From Octopus sinensis (taxonomy: Eukaryota): a stretch of 64,000 bases of DNA. This document shows positions 1 to 15,023 of this stretch, piece by piece. The notes under the pieces are model-generated. The model was not told the DNA's origin. It was given only the letters and a program-made list of their open reading frames with translations, and did not search any database. The position numbers and the translations under genes are program-made. Within the stretch, counting starts at the first letter, position 1; every line of letters begins with the position of its first letter. Location of the stretch: assembly GCF_006345805.1 (NCBI RefSeq), contig NC_043003.1, positions 76,198,001 to 76,262,000 on the forward strand. The letters run 5' to 3'.

Positions 1-25
1 CAGCAACAACAACAACAACAACAAA
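1..25 (+). repeat. (CAA)n microsatellite
   Basis: Direct reading. Confidence 0.9.
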
Positions 26-479
26 CTTATACAAATTCTACAATGACTGTTGCTACTTCGATGCTGCAAAATATCTCAGGCTTACTACAGTGGTTGCCAT
101 GATAACTGCTTCTACTACAATAAGAGAAAAAAATAATCCTCATACTGATAATAATACGATAAAATGAATTCCGATGCTACTGCTATGACTTTCCTTACAA
201 TAAACGTTTAGATGAGGTGTTAGACAACTCTTTTGACAACAGTCATAATCTCCCGATATTTCTTCAATTGATTTATTTTGTTGGTGGCTCAATGGCCCGA
301 AATATAGGGAATTATTTAATTATACCTAAGATAACACCTGAATACCGTGTTGTTTCTTAAAAATAATTCATATTCTTCTGCATAGCAGGAAGATTTCCAG
401 CATAGTCGATTTACAAACGTATTTATAATATATGTCCTTTTGCATGTGCTCGCATGCATATATGTGTGTGGCTACATAT

Positions 480-772
480 TTACACATACATACCTACATA
501 CATACATGCTTACCAATATACACAGACAAACCGACCTCAACCTCAATCATAAATACATACATGCATACATACATACATACATACATATATATGTACGTGT
601 TTGTCTGTGCGTGAGCATATGAGTTTTTGTATGTGTGCGTGCCTTAAACGGATTCCAAGCATTTTCATTGATATGCTATTTGAAGAATGCCTCAACTCCA
701 AGAAACTACGAATTAGACGTGCAGGAGTCAACTTTATCGATAAAACACAAACGTATATTAATAGATGTATGC

Positions 773-821
<49 letters not shown>

Positions 822-930
822 TATAACTATATACATATATGTATATAGTTATATAATATGTATTCATATGTATGGATGTGTATGTATATATATATATATA
901 TATTATATATATATATATACATACATACAC
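480..930. repeat. Compound (TACA)n/(TA)n microsatellite region
   Basis: Direct reading; explains the overlapping Y/I/H/T-rich ORFs. Confidence 0.9.
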
Positions 931-3862
931 TCGCAAGAACATATACAGGTATATAGTTGGTAACTATCTCGCGCTATGTGGCTCAATTTCTGTATATGAA
1001 TGTGTGTATGTGTCTATGCCTTTCAGTGTGTGTTTACGTATACATACATGCCTTCATACATGCGCACTGATACACATTATGTTCGTTAGGCAAAGCTTCT
1101 CGTTAGTTCTTTCCATCTTTATATTTTGCGATTTGTATGCTATTAGTTTTGTCTCTGTAGCAATGTGATTATATAATTCTCAAAGTAAATCACAAATGCG
1201 TTTGTTGTCATGAACTTTTAGGATTAATAGTTTAATAACTTATTAATTTAGGCAGGTGTTTATCGGAGAGGAAAAATCTTAGGAATGCTATTGGGAATCT
1301 CTTATCGCTTAATACTGCAATATTCTCTTGAGATCTAATAACAAATTACGAATGGGAACTAGTGAACCGAAATTAAATATATAGATGTACACACCAGAAA
1401 TAATCACACATACACACACACACATATACACGCTTGTGCACACAGATACACACATATAGAAATAGAGATGCAAGGCAGCAGGCACACGCATGCGCTCAAA
1501 CGCAATATTGTACGATTCAATTTGTAATGACACACACATATATAGATATATACATAGATCTGTATAACCTCAAGTATACAATATTTATATGCACGTGTGT
1601 GTGTATGTGTATACAGATATATGTGGGTGTTTGTATGTTCGTGTGTGTGAGCACACTCTGATGAACGTAGATTAGTTAGACCCAGTATATATACATACAA
1701 CAGCTGATAAATACATATATAAACTACATGCATACTGAAAGAGGACAGAACAAAGATACGCACCAACTAGGAAAAAGACACGCACTTTCAACACTTATGT
1801 TCGCTCATCCAATCACAGATATACACACATTGCAACATACCCTCAAATAGCTACACAGACTGTGTTTGAGTTCCTGTGTACTTTGAACTAATCTCAAGGC
1901 CGATCTCTTTAATTGTAATTCCTTTGTTTGACAGCTTTGTAATTTCTGAATATTTATTTTGTTATTGTTAATTCGTTTCTTATCTTTATTTTTAATTAAA
2001 AGCCAAACATTACCATATATTATGCTTAAGAAATAAAGGAATTTATGCAAACAAACTTATCAGATAATTCTTGTCGAGTTATCAAAAGCAAGCAATAACC
2101 CTAAAGAAACTATAATTTTTTCTCTTTTAAGATGATTCAAAAGATAAATGTAATTTTCTCATATTCTGGTTGCTATTAAATTTGATTTCACAGGGACGTT
2201 TTCTTTAGACATATAAGACGCTCACATTTTCGTTGAAATAAATCAGTGACTAGCTTTTCTGCTATAGACAAAACGTGTCAATCTAAAGCTGAAAGAGATC
2301 TACATTTAAACACATAAAAGAAAATAGCGTCTATCATTTATTATCTATTGTTTCTCTATATCGCTTTTGTCCAGTTTCTATATCATAGTGGGAAACTATA
2401 ATGGAGAAACATACATAAATAAGGAAAAGCAAAAAGAAAAAAGAAAAAGAAATCTAAAAAAATAACAATAAGGATAGAATAATATAGATATAAAATAGAA
2501 GAGAACTGTCGGAATTGAAGTGAAATAAAGGTTTGTTGAAACTTACAAGACCATTATTATAACAATGGTCAACAAAAGAACTGACCTGTCCGTCCTATAA
2601 ATGACCTGTTTTCTTTAATACAAATTCAGATGGCAGATTTGTATGCGTTCTTGTTTCTTTTCATCTTTGTTATTCTCTCTTAAAGTTTGGTTGATGTAAA
2701 CTGACATTCATTCATCCAATAGCTTCGTCTTGGCTATTCTTCAACTATAGGCAGTAGTTTAATTGTTTCTAATACACTGCTTTCTTGTACTGTTTTTCTC
2801 TTTCACCAGTTTTGCATCGCTGTCTTCTTAATTACTGTCATTTGCATTAATATACTATAAAAATAATTCATTTAAACTTTCGAGCCATTGATTACTCTTC
2901 ACTAAAATTGTTGTAGTAAAGTACACCATTCACTCTTCCAGACCTCAGTATATATCTGGTACCTTTTGAAACGGATTAAACACAGTACATCACTCTAAGG
3001 TGATTATTTCAACTCTATCTCATTTAGCATGTTTTCACGCGAAACGTTTCGTTATCTATGTAACTTGATAATTTCAGCGAATTCACAGAATGGACAGACT
3101 GTCGAATAACGTGCATTAGGGTACGATATATATTCTAACTCTATTGTTTCTTAGTTCAAATCCTCTGGGTTCGAGAGAATAAAGTACCAGTCAAGTGATG
3201 AGGACGTTTTAGTCGATTAAATATTTGCTGCGAATTTTTGGCTTTGTCGCAGGTTATATGAGAAAGAAGTATCTTTTCAGAAAAATTAATATCTTTTTCG
3301 AGCACCGTTTTTGGCTTTCTTTGATCCCCGTCGACCCCAACCAGCAGTATGCGTAATATCCTCTAACTTGGAAACATTGAAGGGAGGTCAATGGTCTGAC
3401 AGTCTATCCGTATGGCCAACTCCGTCTTCATTTAATAATCGAAATATTTTGTTTTCAGGTGATAAAATTCCATATTGTTGAGGTGTCACGAGGTCATGAT
3501 TTCTTGAAAATCAATATGATATTCTAAAAAGTAGCAGACATCAATGTCAGTTATGTAACTGTAAATTATTGATGTTTCCTACGGCGCTAGACATATCTCA
3601 GCTTCCATTTTAGCCAGGACTAAAGGCGATATATCACACTAGATTTGTTTCCATGCCATTATATGCTATATTCACCAGAAGTGATTGATTGACTGAATAT
3701 TTTAAAAGTAGTGTTGACACTTAAATATTATTGAAATACCAACTCGCAAAATATCAGGCAAGTTTGTGTTGAGTAGCAAAATAATGTATATAATTGTCAA
3801 GAAAAGTCTACCATGTATAAAATAACAAACTTATATGTCAATATCATTATATATCTCTATGT

Positions 3863-3875
3863 ATAGATAGATAAT

Positions 3876-3952
<77 letters not shown>

Positions 3953-3972
3953 GCATACATACATATTTGTTA

Positions 3973-4030
<58 letters not shown>
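3863..4030. repeat. (TAGA)n followed by (TA)n
   Basis: Direct reading. Confidence 0.95.
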
Positions 4031-5137
4031 TACCTGCATATTATTTAATAGGCACCAGACACTAGATTGAAACATTATGGTATATAGGGCACCCAGGCCA
4101 CATTTACATAAAACAACAGGCTCGCTGCAGAGGCTTGACAAAGGATAAAGACACACTTCCAAGCACCTAGTTTTTATCTCATAATCTGTTTATTGCTCAT
4201 AAATAACAGTGACTGGTTAGCACACGAAGTTTCAATGCAAACGTTTATCGTGTAATATAAGTGCAGTAAGTTTTAGAAGCTTAGGTCTATACTCTGCACC
4301 GGTACCTGTGAAAAATCTTTTCTTTTACGCTTGGCATCTGAAATACCTTGAAGGAACCCCAGCTGTAGCATATTGAGACGATTCCTTTCTATATTTAGAC
4401 GTCATGGAACACTTTGTATTTCAGAAGTTATTGCTATTCTCAGACAATTTTTATGAGTCCAAATATATTGAATGTCCTCTCATGAACATCTCATGAGCAT
4501 GAAGTCCACATACGTTCTTAGGCCGACATAATCACAGGTAAAGTTTTCATCAAATACTTCAACATGGGTGAAATCAACCTATTCAGATGCAGAGGGATAT
4601 GAACAGAGCTTATAAAAGACCTCAAATTGGATATTTTGTTGTGTGAACACATTACGAAATTCACATTGGGAAAGCTTGGATAAATTTTTCAGATTCATTT
4701 CTTATTTCTACATCATGTGAATCACATAAACTATCTACGATTTGAAGTTTCTCTTGCAATAGTTCGAAACAATTCAACTGACAAGTACATAAAAACTTAG
4801 ATGCGGGTCTGTTTTTGTTTTTTGTTATTGGGGTAAAATAAAATTGCTCTGGAACTGATGCTAAATTTGCGTTATAGTTTCTCTCTCTTTTTATCTATTT
4901 CATGCTGCATTGTAGTCACTGCTACCACACGTATTCCTCGTACATTATTGCACTTCTTGATACCAATTTCGAATTGATTGCAGAATTTTTTCTAAAGAAT
5001 CAGATATATCTACATCTTTATTCGGGTCAAAACTATTGCACAATTTAAACCGCAAAAGAATTAAAATCAAGATTTTGGCCATCAAACCAGTTTCAAAACA
5101 ATCCATTTGTGAGCCAATATTTCAGCTGAGCTTGGTA

Positions 5138-5350
5138 AGGCAGCGAACTCGCAGAATTGTTAGCACACAGGGCAAAATGCACAGCCGCATTTTGTACGTC
5201 TTTTTATATTCTGAGTTCAAAATCTGCTGAGGTTGACTTTGTTTTTCCTTCTTTCGCGGTCGATAAAAGAAGTACCAGTTGAAAACTGGGGTCCATGTAA
5301 TCGCGTTGTCCCTTTTTCCTAAATGTCTGGCAGTGTGGCAAATTTGGAAT
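5138..5350 (+). mobile_element. Degenerate tRNA-derived SINE (family A, tail type 2)
   Basis: Head ggcagcgaactcgcagaattgttagcac, B-box-like gagttcaaaatc and body gtcgataaaagaagtaccagtt align with the copy at 7807. Confidence 0.6.
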
Positions 5351-6759
5351 CAATATTTGTGTTTCATATATAGTGGCATATAAGGTAATCAATGTTAAAA
5401 TATAATCTGAAAAGAAGGAAATCGGAAATATCAACAAAGTAGGAAGAGAACGATAACTGATAACAGCAATGTACGCCCACTTCATTTAATCCTGTAATAG
5501 TTATATTAAGAGAGGTAGTTTCCATGAAATTGTATCATTCGCACCTCTGAGGCAGATGAGCAGACCTGCCACTAGAGTAATCAACTGTTAAATGAAAAGA
5601 GTTCGGATGATTAACACCAAATTATGGAGAATTAATGATTTTATTTTCATAAAAAAATACTCTGTTTCGAAATTGAATCACGTTTGTGGGGCTCTGGAAC
5701 CGAAATGGCGCACAAACGCATCATAAATTAGTCTTCAAAAAAAAAAAAGTTATATATTTTATGGTTCTCTATAGACTTCGAAACATGTTATGATGGTCCT
5801 GCGTTTCGGACACATTTATTTAGCAAAATTGGAGTCTCCAGATCTAACGGTCCAAATTATTTTGCACGAGAAGGGTTATTATACTTGTTTTTATTGTCTG
5901 TCCCGTTACTACAAGACCAAGAACAAGAGTGAAATAAAAAAAAGGCAATGATTAAACAAATAATACATACAAAAATAAAGATCTAGTCAAACGATCCTTT
6001 ATGGCAAAAATAGTAAATGTGCTCTACATCCAAACTCAAGAACAAAAGCAAATATAAATTTATAATATAATCAGTACAGCATTTAGCTTGGTTTTTGTTA
6101 TTCTTGCTTTTATTATAGTCATTGTTTGTTTAATGTTTTTTTCGTTACAATCAGAATGTTCGTTTCGCTTTTAGTATATATAGAAAATATTGTTTTTCAG
6201 GTCTGAGACAGAGTTTCTTCTTTCATTTATATACTATATTTATCAAATTTTAAAACTTCTTTGTGTGTCTCATTCGTAGAAAAAAAACTAGCAAAATGGA
6301 GATAACCAAGCAATATTAAACATATTCAACGAAGGTTTTCATAAACACACTATAGCAACACTGCCGCTGCAGAAAATTTAACTCGTTAAAAATGCTTACT
6401 CTCAGGACCATTTGAAATTATGGGTAAAGAATTTAAGCTAATGTTTGGAAACTGTACATGCATATATAAAGATGACAATACAAATGATGTAGCGGGGTAT
6501 ATGAAATGAAATTCAATAAAATATAGCTTAATAAATTTATTAATAACAGGAGAAGTTCTGTAAACTGACAATAAATGAATAACAATAAAGAAAACACTTA
6601 GGTGAATGTGTTAATTAGGTATAGTTGAGGAAAGGTCCATGAACTTTATCTAATTAAAAGTCAGAAAAATTATTAAATCTCTAATGCATGTTGACTGAAA
6701 TACGCCGACAACACAGAGTTGGTGTATGTATTTTTATCAAAAAACAAAAGATTCCGAGG

Positions 6760-7007
6760 TCCTTCCAGAGTTAAGTTTATAAGGCTAGTTTCATGGGTTC
6801 TGTGGCGTATGAATCTGTTTTAATGGCGGGACGCTAGCCTGTTGCAAGATACCCAGTTTTTGCCTGCTGACTGAACTGGACCAATATGATATTAAGTACT
6901 TTCCTCAAGCACATAATTCAACCACAATATTATGATCATGAGTGTTTCACCCTCATCAATAAACCACACGCCTCCAGACTGTACAAAGTAAGTTCTTTAC
7001 AACCATG
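6760..7007 (-). mobile_element. Degenerate CORE-type SINE
   Basis: Reverse complement resembles head and core of the copy at 15024 (aaccacacgcctcca; gaactggaccaatatgatattaagtactttcctcaagcac). Confidence 0.4.
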
Positions 7008-7806
7008 GCAAAGCAACGTAAAGCAGGGAGAATATTAAATGTTTATGAATTCTAAGCCATTTAACACAATTATGTTGGAAAAATATTGAAGACACAGTAT
7101 AGGATATCAAAAGAATCAGTTGCATTATGAATGTTTGATAACTGTTCATTACATATTATCACACTAAGTTAAAAATATATAGCAAAATAGTGTGCTATAT
7201 AAAAAAAAAAACACGAATTCTATACGATATGTAAATGTGAGGATAAATGTTTATGCCTAAGGATATGATACAGCAAGACAGATGATCAAAATATGAAGAA
7301 GGTGTTTATAATTCTTCAATAATAATTGAGTATGATAAAACGAAAAGCTAAGGTATGTACTAAATGATCCACGGAAAGATACGCTTAAAATATTAGAAGA
7401 GAAACGTTGAAATAGATGCCTAAAATATATGTTATATGAATTATGCTCAAGTAAGAGAAGTCTTAGTATGAAAAATGCATACAATAGAACAATAAAACGT
7501 TGCAGAAGCAAAAAAAAAATAGAAAAGAGAGAGTTATCACCAGAAAGATATATGAAAATGTTTATAAGTTTAAAAATTTTAGAAATAAAGGTAGAGAAAT
7601 TTTCTAACAACTATCTCTTATTCTTTTTATTCTGCAAGTGGTGACGTCAAATATATGTGCAAATCATTAAGATACTTTTTGTCTTTCTCTCATTCCAAAC
7701 ACTATTCTAATTTTTTAAATTAATTCTTCTATTAAAAAAATGAATAAATTCTCCATGTGTTAACTATTTCGATACTGATTGTGGTTTATTACACTGTTAA
7801 CAATTG

Positions 7807-8039
7807 AAGGCGGCCAGCTGGCAGAAACGTTAGCACGCCGGGCGTAATGCGTATCCGTATTTCGTCTGCCGTTACGTTGTGAGTTCAAATTCCGCCGAGA
7901 TCGACTTTGCTTTTCATCCTTTCGGGGTCGCTAAATTAAGTATCAGTTACGCATTGGTGTCGATGTAGTCGATTTATTCCTTTTGTCTGTCCTTGTTTGT
8001 CCCCTCTATGTCTAGCCCCTTGTGGGCAATAAAGAAATA
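7807..8039 (+). mobile_element. Full-length tRNA-derived SINE (family A, tail type 1) with 17-bp TSD
   Basis: A/B-box-like head; B box gagttcaaattcc; TSD tacactgttaacaattg at 7790-7806 and 8040-8056; many homologs in the window. Confidence 0.9.
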
Positions 8040-8099
8040 TACACTGTTAACAATTGGAAGAGTCCTTTATGTAATCATTCGTAGTTAAAGACCTTTGTC

Positions 8100-8460
8100 T
8101 TCTTCATAAACTCATCCTCTGAGCATTCAGAAGAATTTTTCTATCGTATTGGCTTAACAGCCCTCAACGTTTGTTTCTACTGTTTTGTTCTCATTGTCCT
8201 GTTCTTGTTACCTCTTTCACTCTCCGTAAAAAATCCCAAATTTTATTTAATTTGCTTTGCGGGAAGGACTGTTTCAACGAAGTTGCGTTTTGTCCTTGCC
8301 TTCGTAACGAGGAGTAGATGAAATAGGGACAAATGAAGAAGGGGAATATTCTTTATGTTGTATGTCTCGTTTCTCGGTTCGGTTGATTCGTTGTTCGAAA
8401 AAACAAGTTCGTTTCTATGTTTTTGTTTTCCTTTCTCATTGTGTTCAACGTTATCTTTCA
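8100..8460 (+). mobile_element. Non-coding repeat, probably a PLE 3'/pLTR fragment
   Basis: Homologous to the reverse complement of 34524-34925 (gggaaggactgtttcaacgaagttgc; gaagaaggggaatattc); abuts a TA-rich tract. Confidence 0.5.
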
Positions 8461-8689
8461 TGTCATATTTTATGTCATGTACACATATATCACATAGATG
8501 CATGTATATATACATATATATGTAGGTATGTACGTATATGTAGGTGTATATACATATATTTGTATATTATTTAAAACTGTTAGATTTCATTATTTTCCTA
8601 CTTTTTTTTGTCCTGTGTGAGTTACAGAGAGGTTGTCTGTGGAGTCATATTTTGTACCGAACAGAAATAACGGTCTTTTGGCTGCTATT

Positions 8690-8850
8690 TGTAAATTTTT
8701 CGGTTTGTGGTCTAGCAACATGTTGCTAAACCCTTAATTATTGTTATAATTATATATAAAACTTCTTGTATAAGTTTTTACTGAATATGGTTCCTTTCCA
8801 TACCGAAACTACTTGGTAAAATGTATTAATTATAAATTAATAATTTTTTA
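8690..8850 (+). mobile_element. PLE pLTR-like fragment with decayed hammerhead motif
   Basis: CTGAATA-TGGT...ACC-GAAAC-TACTTG-GTA at about 8790-8820; shares gttgctaaacccttaatta with the 202-bp repeats at 41291 and 41879. Confidence 0.4.
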
Positions 8851-8929
8851 CCCTATATCTATAATATACATATGCAGAGAGAGAGATAGGGGGAGGGAGA
8901 GGTGGGAGACAGAAAGTGAGAGTCACAGG

Positions 8930-9375
8930 CGTACATGTATCAGTCAAAACTTTCCCGTAGTGGGATCTTATATTCAGTCCCACTGCATGGTACTTTGGAG
9001 TAGTGTGTTCTAAGTCCGGGTCTCTCTTGCTCAGGCTCTCTCTCTCTCTCTCTCTCTCTCCGCTTTCTCTCCCTCTCCCTCGCCTTGTATCGAAACACAC
9101 ATACATATATATATTTATATGTATGCATGTATACATGTATATAATGCTGGTGGTTGGATCTGTATATGTTCTTGTGCTTGTGTTGTGTTTATTTCCCAAC
9201 ACTTGACAGCCAATGTTTGTTTCCTAGTATCAACCTAACGTAGAGGTTCGGCAGATGAACATATAAGAATAAGTACCAGATTTAAAAGGAAAGCAAGTAC
9301 TAGCATTTATTTGTTCGACTAATCCCTTTAAAGCGCTACCCCGGCATGTCCTCTATCCAATGACTGAAACAAAAG
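8930..9375 (+). mobile_element. Degenerate SINE with internal microsatellite (family B)
   Basis: ttcagtcccactgcatgg head and agaataagtacc...aatgactgaaacaaaag tail match the copy at 34274. Confidence 0.5.
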
Positions 9376-12300
9376 TTAAAAGATCGGCATACATACGTGA
9401 GGACCTACGTATGCACGTGCAAGCATACTATGGTTGATGTTACTGATACAACTCTTTCATGTAAAAGTGCTTTCTTGTAACAAAATTAGAGAAAATAAAA
9501 TGTTTTATATACTAATTTTCATTTCGGAAAGCATATCACACTAACGCAAAATGTGGGAGAGGGAGAAAGAAAGAGTGATGGGAAAGCAAGAGATAATAAT
9601 TCAAGTCTCAGGAACGTCAGTGGCCTGTATCTTCCTACATTCACTCGTCTCCAAATCAGTGTTATGGATAACGACTCGGTCACTACCGTATCTTATCACC
9701 GTTTTCCACCTTACTTTATACGAATTACCTCCCTTGGCGTTACACAAAATATCATGAGCAATACACTCTCGAATCTATATATAGGTTGTTTGAATCTCTC
9801 TGAATTGCAGTAACTTACTATTCTCTATTTATCTTCTTTTACAACTTCCTTGTTAAATCTATTAGTTTATTCTCTATCATATTCTTTCAGAATTCCTAAA
9901 TTGGATCCTACACATATGCTCAACTGTCCTGCTGTTCTTTCTTTACTTTCATCCTTTCGGTCCCTCTCTCACCCCCTTTCTTTGTCTCTGTCTCTCTCTC
10001 ACACGCACACACACATACACACACAAACACACACACAAAAGCCATACTCAGATTGCTAGGTCTTATTTTGTCTTCTTCCATATAAGTTCACTCAATATAA
10101 TTTTTTATGTCTTCACTTATTCAACTCTTTCGTATTGTCAATGATTTATATACGTTATCTGTTAAACGCTTACTTGCATTTTTCTAAGAGTCACGCAGTC
10201 CAAAACCTTAAGTATATAAAATTATTCATCACGCGTTTTACTACTTCAAAATTGTCATCTGTACGATTAGAATCCTACTTTTGTATGCTTTGGTCTACCT
10301 TTACACATAAATGTTTATTTTGAGATAATTTTTTTTTAAGATCTTTATATTTAAAGCCTTTGTGAATTTCACAATTACCTTTTCCATATTACCCTTTTAT
10401 GAATTTTCTTTCACCTGTTTTCACACATTGTTCTCCTTTGTATACAGCACAATCAGGCATGCACGTTGTAAGATTGATTCTTCAAATAATTCTCGTGCAA
10501 TTTCAGTTCTTTAGAACTTTCCACCCAACATCATTTTGTTGATATGGCTTTCAATTCACACCCATTTAATATCTATGCAATATATATATTATATAAATAC
10601 AATATATGCTCTGCCTTTTTACTTGACTGTTGCTTTAGAGAGCCATAAACTATCACATTCCTCCTATAACAATTTTCAAATGTAATTCACTAATAACACT
10701 TAAAATACAACGTGATAGATTTTTAATACTCCCTAGCTGTCATTTTGGTATTACTTGTATCTATTAATATATATTTTTCGACACACTTTTTATTAATATT
10801 AGTCTTCTAAATTTGAAAAATACTCTTGATGCAGTCCTTCATAATGCAAAGTATATATGGTTAAGCTCATTCTCGAAAGACCGCTTTTAGTGACAAGAAT
10901 TATCAGCTCCCCCATCTACCCATTCAACATTACAATTACGTAATAATCCTCTTCGCATTATATTTCTTTATATTGTATGCTTTAATTAACATGTTTTATA
11001 CGTCCTTATCCTTTAAACCACTCTGAAATATCTCTCTTGTTCATTACAGAGAACCATTGGAAAACAACCAAGCTTATTCAAATATATTTTATCATTTTTG
11101 TTTGCAGATTTTAACACTTACCTCAGGGACCAGCAAATACCCTCTGATTTATTTCTTAGCTCTTCTTTCTACGTGGTTGTCTACCATATCTTTACCACAG
11201 TTTTATTTTCTTTTTCAAATGAAAAATGTTTTTATTTCGGTTTTTGCTAGGCATATCTACAGTATAAACTTTCTAATATCCTCAGTAATTCTAGTCATTG
11301 ATGTTTGTTTAATATAAAAAAAATCATCAGAGAATACTCTAATAAGCAATTTATTCAGATAGTAACTATGCATTCAGCAGATACCCATTCATTGATCGGT
11401 ACCTCATTTTCATTAGAATTCTTTAACAGCTATTAAATGATATTGATAAATATTTAGCATTTAGTCTAAGGGTAAAACGTTCTTTATGAAAACATATATC
11501 TAAAGTGATTCTGTGTATATTAGATAGAGTTCTCCCTTTTATACTTAAAATCCCTGCTAAGCTTGTATGAGGTGGTTAATGTTTCGATACATACTTTCCA
11601 TTTAGAACACAACATTAATTTCGGATATTTATGGAAACAGTTACCCAAATGCAAGTAGAGAGTACGCCCATATTAGAACTTATACCGTTTGAAACACAAC
11701 ATTAAATGTATTAAAGTTAATATTCCAGAAGCAAATAGTGGCTAACGTATACAATACAGACAACTCGAATCGACTTTTAGCTTAATTACATCTATGAACT
11801 GGTCAGTTCGTAGATTCAACTTCACATCTGTAAATGATAACCACTGAAACTAAATTGAAATATTCTGAACAGGATCAACCCGAAAAGAATGAAATTACTT
11901 ACGAATTACAAAAATTGATAGGGTTAGAGTAATCCAGTCCACATCTGCACATCTCACATTTAAATATCTTGAAGATAATTTCTATCGTAAGTCATGTATG
12001 AGAAATATCATCAATCCGAGTAAATTGAGATTTCATTTAATAAGTTATCATTTCTTACATCATTCCTTCGAGGAAGACAGTATTTCACTGCTTCTTTGGA
12101 ACAGTATTTTACAAGTCATCTCTTTGTTTAAAAATATAGTAATTAAGAACAGCAATTCGGTATTCAAGACATCTTCTATCACCAAATCTTTTCTAATCGA
12201 AGATATTGTACGATCATATTAGTCATTGATATTACCAAAATCTGAAATCGAAATCTCCCATGTAGGACTTAATGTTATAAATTATAAGAAATTTGTGTTG

Positions 12301-14334
12301 AAATATTTCATAAACTTTTAATTTCAGTATGGGTGCTAACGACTCAATATAATTTAATAATTTTTCTTTTCTGAGTATATAACAGAATTCCTTATGTACT
12401 TTCCTGTGATGTGTGTGGCTTTTACTTCGTTGATTACTTAATAACATTAAATAATTTCAATATTGAAATCACAGAAGGTTTTAAATCGCAATATTAAGTT
12501 TCTTAGCAATGTTTACCCTCTTAAATTACTTTGATTACTTAAGCTTAAAAAACACCGTTTCAACACACAATTCTTACACACATTCGAAAAGGAGAAAACA
12601 GTTTGGAGATAGCATTTCGAAGCATAAAAGTCATAAACTTCAAATATATATCTCTAAATAGGCCTGCTACGAAATTCAATAAAGACATGAAGTGTGCCTG
12701 TTCCTTTGGAATCCGCACCTCAAATTTAAGAACTATTTATCTCAAAATTGTTGTTGTATGAAATCTCAAATGAATTTTGCAAATGATGTTGAGAATAACC
12801 AGGTGCAGCATCGTAACGATGGTGATAAGATATGTTAGAGGGGAGGATTGTCACTGAATTATTTGTCACTTCGAGATACACCTTGAGAATTAATGTAAAG
12901 AGTAAAAAAGAAAGAGAATAAAAAAACAACATGGCTTTAACACCTTAATCTCTGTCATACTCAATAACCTTCTGTATTCATATATGAACTTTTGCATATC
13001 TTGGCAGATCCCAAAATTCATATCTCAACTGAAATCTAATGTTGAGCATTTTTAAAACTTTTCTTGTCCTCACACTTGCATCTACAGGACAGGTTATTCT
13101 GTCGATGTAGATTATAGTCCATTTTCAGCAAATAGCGGGGAAACTGAGCGGAAGAACTGAAACAGTTAAAGAACAATTACAGACTAAGAAGAGAAAAGAA
13201 AAAAATGTTGATGATGTGAAAAATGCAACATTAGAGATTTTCCTCTGAAAGTAGACACTTGAAGTAAGATGAATAAAAGATAGTAATAAAAACAATTATA
13301 CAGAGTAAAATATGTTACACTTATAAAATACGGTATCATCGCAAAAGTAAACTACAGGAATTATGATGTAGGAAAGCTTTAGGAATCTAAAAATATTAGC
13401 AGTCGGTATGAAAAAGTTTAACCGAAATAAGTTGGGTGCCGAGATGATGTCTTTGCTATACGGTTAGAACCTTCCCCATACATTTATATATAGTCTTGCC
13501 CTTCTACTGCCTTCTTCACTAATATGTTACCATTGATAATTCTTACATTATTTTCGTTTTTAGTTTCCATGCTTTTACCATTCAAATCGATTTTCTGCTC
13601 TTGTGACCTCTATTAATTTTGACTTTAGGCTCTAATTGCAAATAAGCCATCCTTTTAAGTTGTTAACACTTTTACCGTTTTGAAAATCAGCACATATTTA
13701 CAACGGTTTTTCTTATAAGATTGACCAAGCAAGTTGAGTTTAACCCTAGGCGTTAATAGCCGTTGATGAGAATTAAAGTGGTCTACGACAAAATTCGAGA
13801 TCGCGTTACAGTTATATACGTTAGAGATTTACCTCCCTTCGTCAGTAACTAAGCGTAATGCGTTGGTGGCTTTGAAGTATATTTAACTCTTATTTTAGCA
13901 TAAGCAGTGCTAGTCAGTGATCTCAATTAATTAGAATGTCTATAAATTTAGGTTCTAATTGCTAATAAGCTACCCTTTCAATTTATATATATATGTATAT
14001 ATACACATATATGAAAGGACAGTTGTACAATCCTTTACTGTTGTACATACAACGAACTACGTCCTGGCCGCATATACATGTAAACATTTATGCTGCTTTG
14101 TATTTAAATGCAACTTGTCTCAATGAATTGATTAACAATTATATATCGGATAGGCAGTTCCATCGAATACACATTTTTATATGGCCCTTGTGGCAGTAAA
14201 CATTAAGGACGTTTACTTTTGTTTTAGGTAATGTATAATCTATTCAATAACAGATATTTTTCTTTAAGCTGATGATAATTACAAATACACACACACACAC
14301 ACACACATACACACACACATATATATATATATTC

Positions 14335-14774
14335 TTTTCTACTCTAGGCACAAGGCCTGAAATTTTGGGAGAAAGGCCAGTTGATTAGATCGACTCCAGT
14401 ACACAACTGGTACTTAATTTATCGACCCTGAAAAGATGAAAGGCAAAGTCGACCTCGGCGCAAGTTGAACTCAGAACGTAAAGACAGACGAAATACGACT
14501 AAGCATATCGCCCGGCGTGATAACGTATCTGTTTCTTTATTACCCACAAGGGGCTAAACACAGAGGGAACAAACAAGGACAGACAAACGGATTAAGTCGC
14601 TTACATCGACCCCAGTGCGTAACTAGTACTTAATTTATCGACCCCGAAAGGATGAAAGGCAAAGTCGACCTCGGCGGAATTTGAACTCACAACGTAACGG
14701 CAGACGAAATACGGCTACGCATTTCGCCCGGCGCTCTCACGGTTCTGCCAGCTCGTATCTACCAGCTCGGCGCC
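14335..14774 (-). mobile_element. Nested SINE pair: family A tail-1 copy (14531-14757) inserted in the head of a tail-2 copy
   Basis: Duplication cgtatct at 14524-14530 and 14754-14760; residual head accagctcggcgcc at 14761-14774. Confidence 0.88.
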
Positions 14775-15023
14775 TGTCGTTTCTTCTGCCTAAGGAACGC
14801 CATTCCTTTGATATCGTCCATGTTAGATTTTGGAGGTTTCAAATTATACAAATTCTATGGAATGCTAAATATTACCAATAGTTGACGCTGACACTGCTAT
14901 TTTTGCATCGATCCACAAGTTATCTACGGTCACACGCATTTTCTTTTATATAAAACGATTGAGTGTTATTTGAAATGCAATTGATAGATACTTTTAACAT
15001 ATATCACAACATGCAGAATATGT

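Noticed and set aside
3030-3085. Palindrome cgaaacgtttcg with a partial HHR-like fold on the minus strand
   Set aside because: Core incomplete (CTGAAAT) and stem I only 2 bp.
6940-6960. TTGATGA-GGGT-GAAAC on the minus strand
   Set aside because: No room for stem II; lies within a decayed SINE.
7030-7640. A-rich stretch resembling a decayed LINE C-terminal region
   Set aside because: No diagnostic motif recovered.
9850-11330. Minus-strand purine-rich tract with GLHQ and VDGEL words suggestive of a decayed LINE RT
   Set aside because: Motif matches are only 4-5 residues with many stops; not enough to call.
13128-13250. About 40 open codons after ccattttcag
   Set aside because: Short, low-complexity K/E-rich, no homology recognised.
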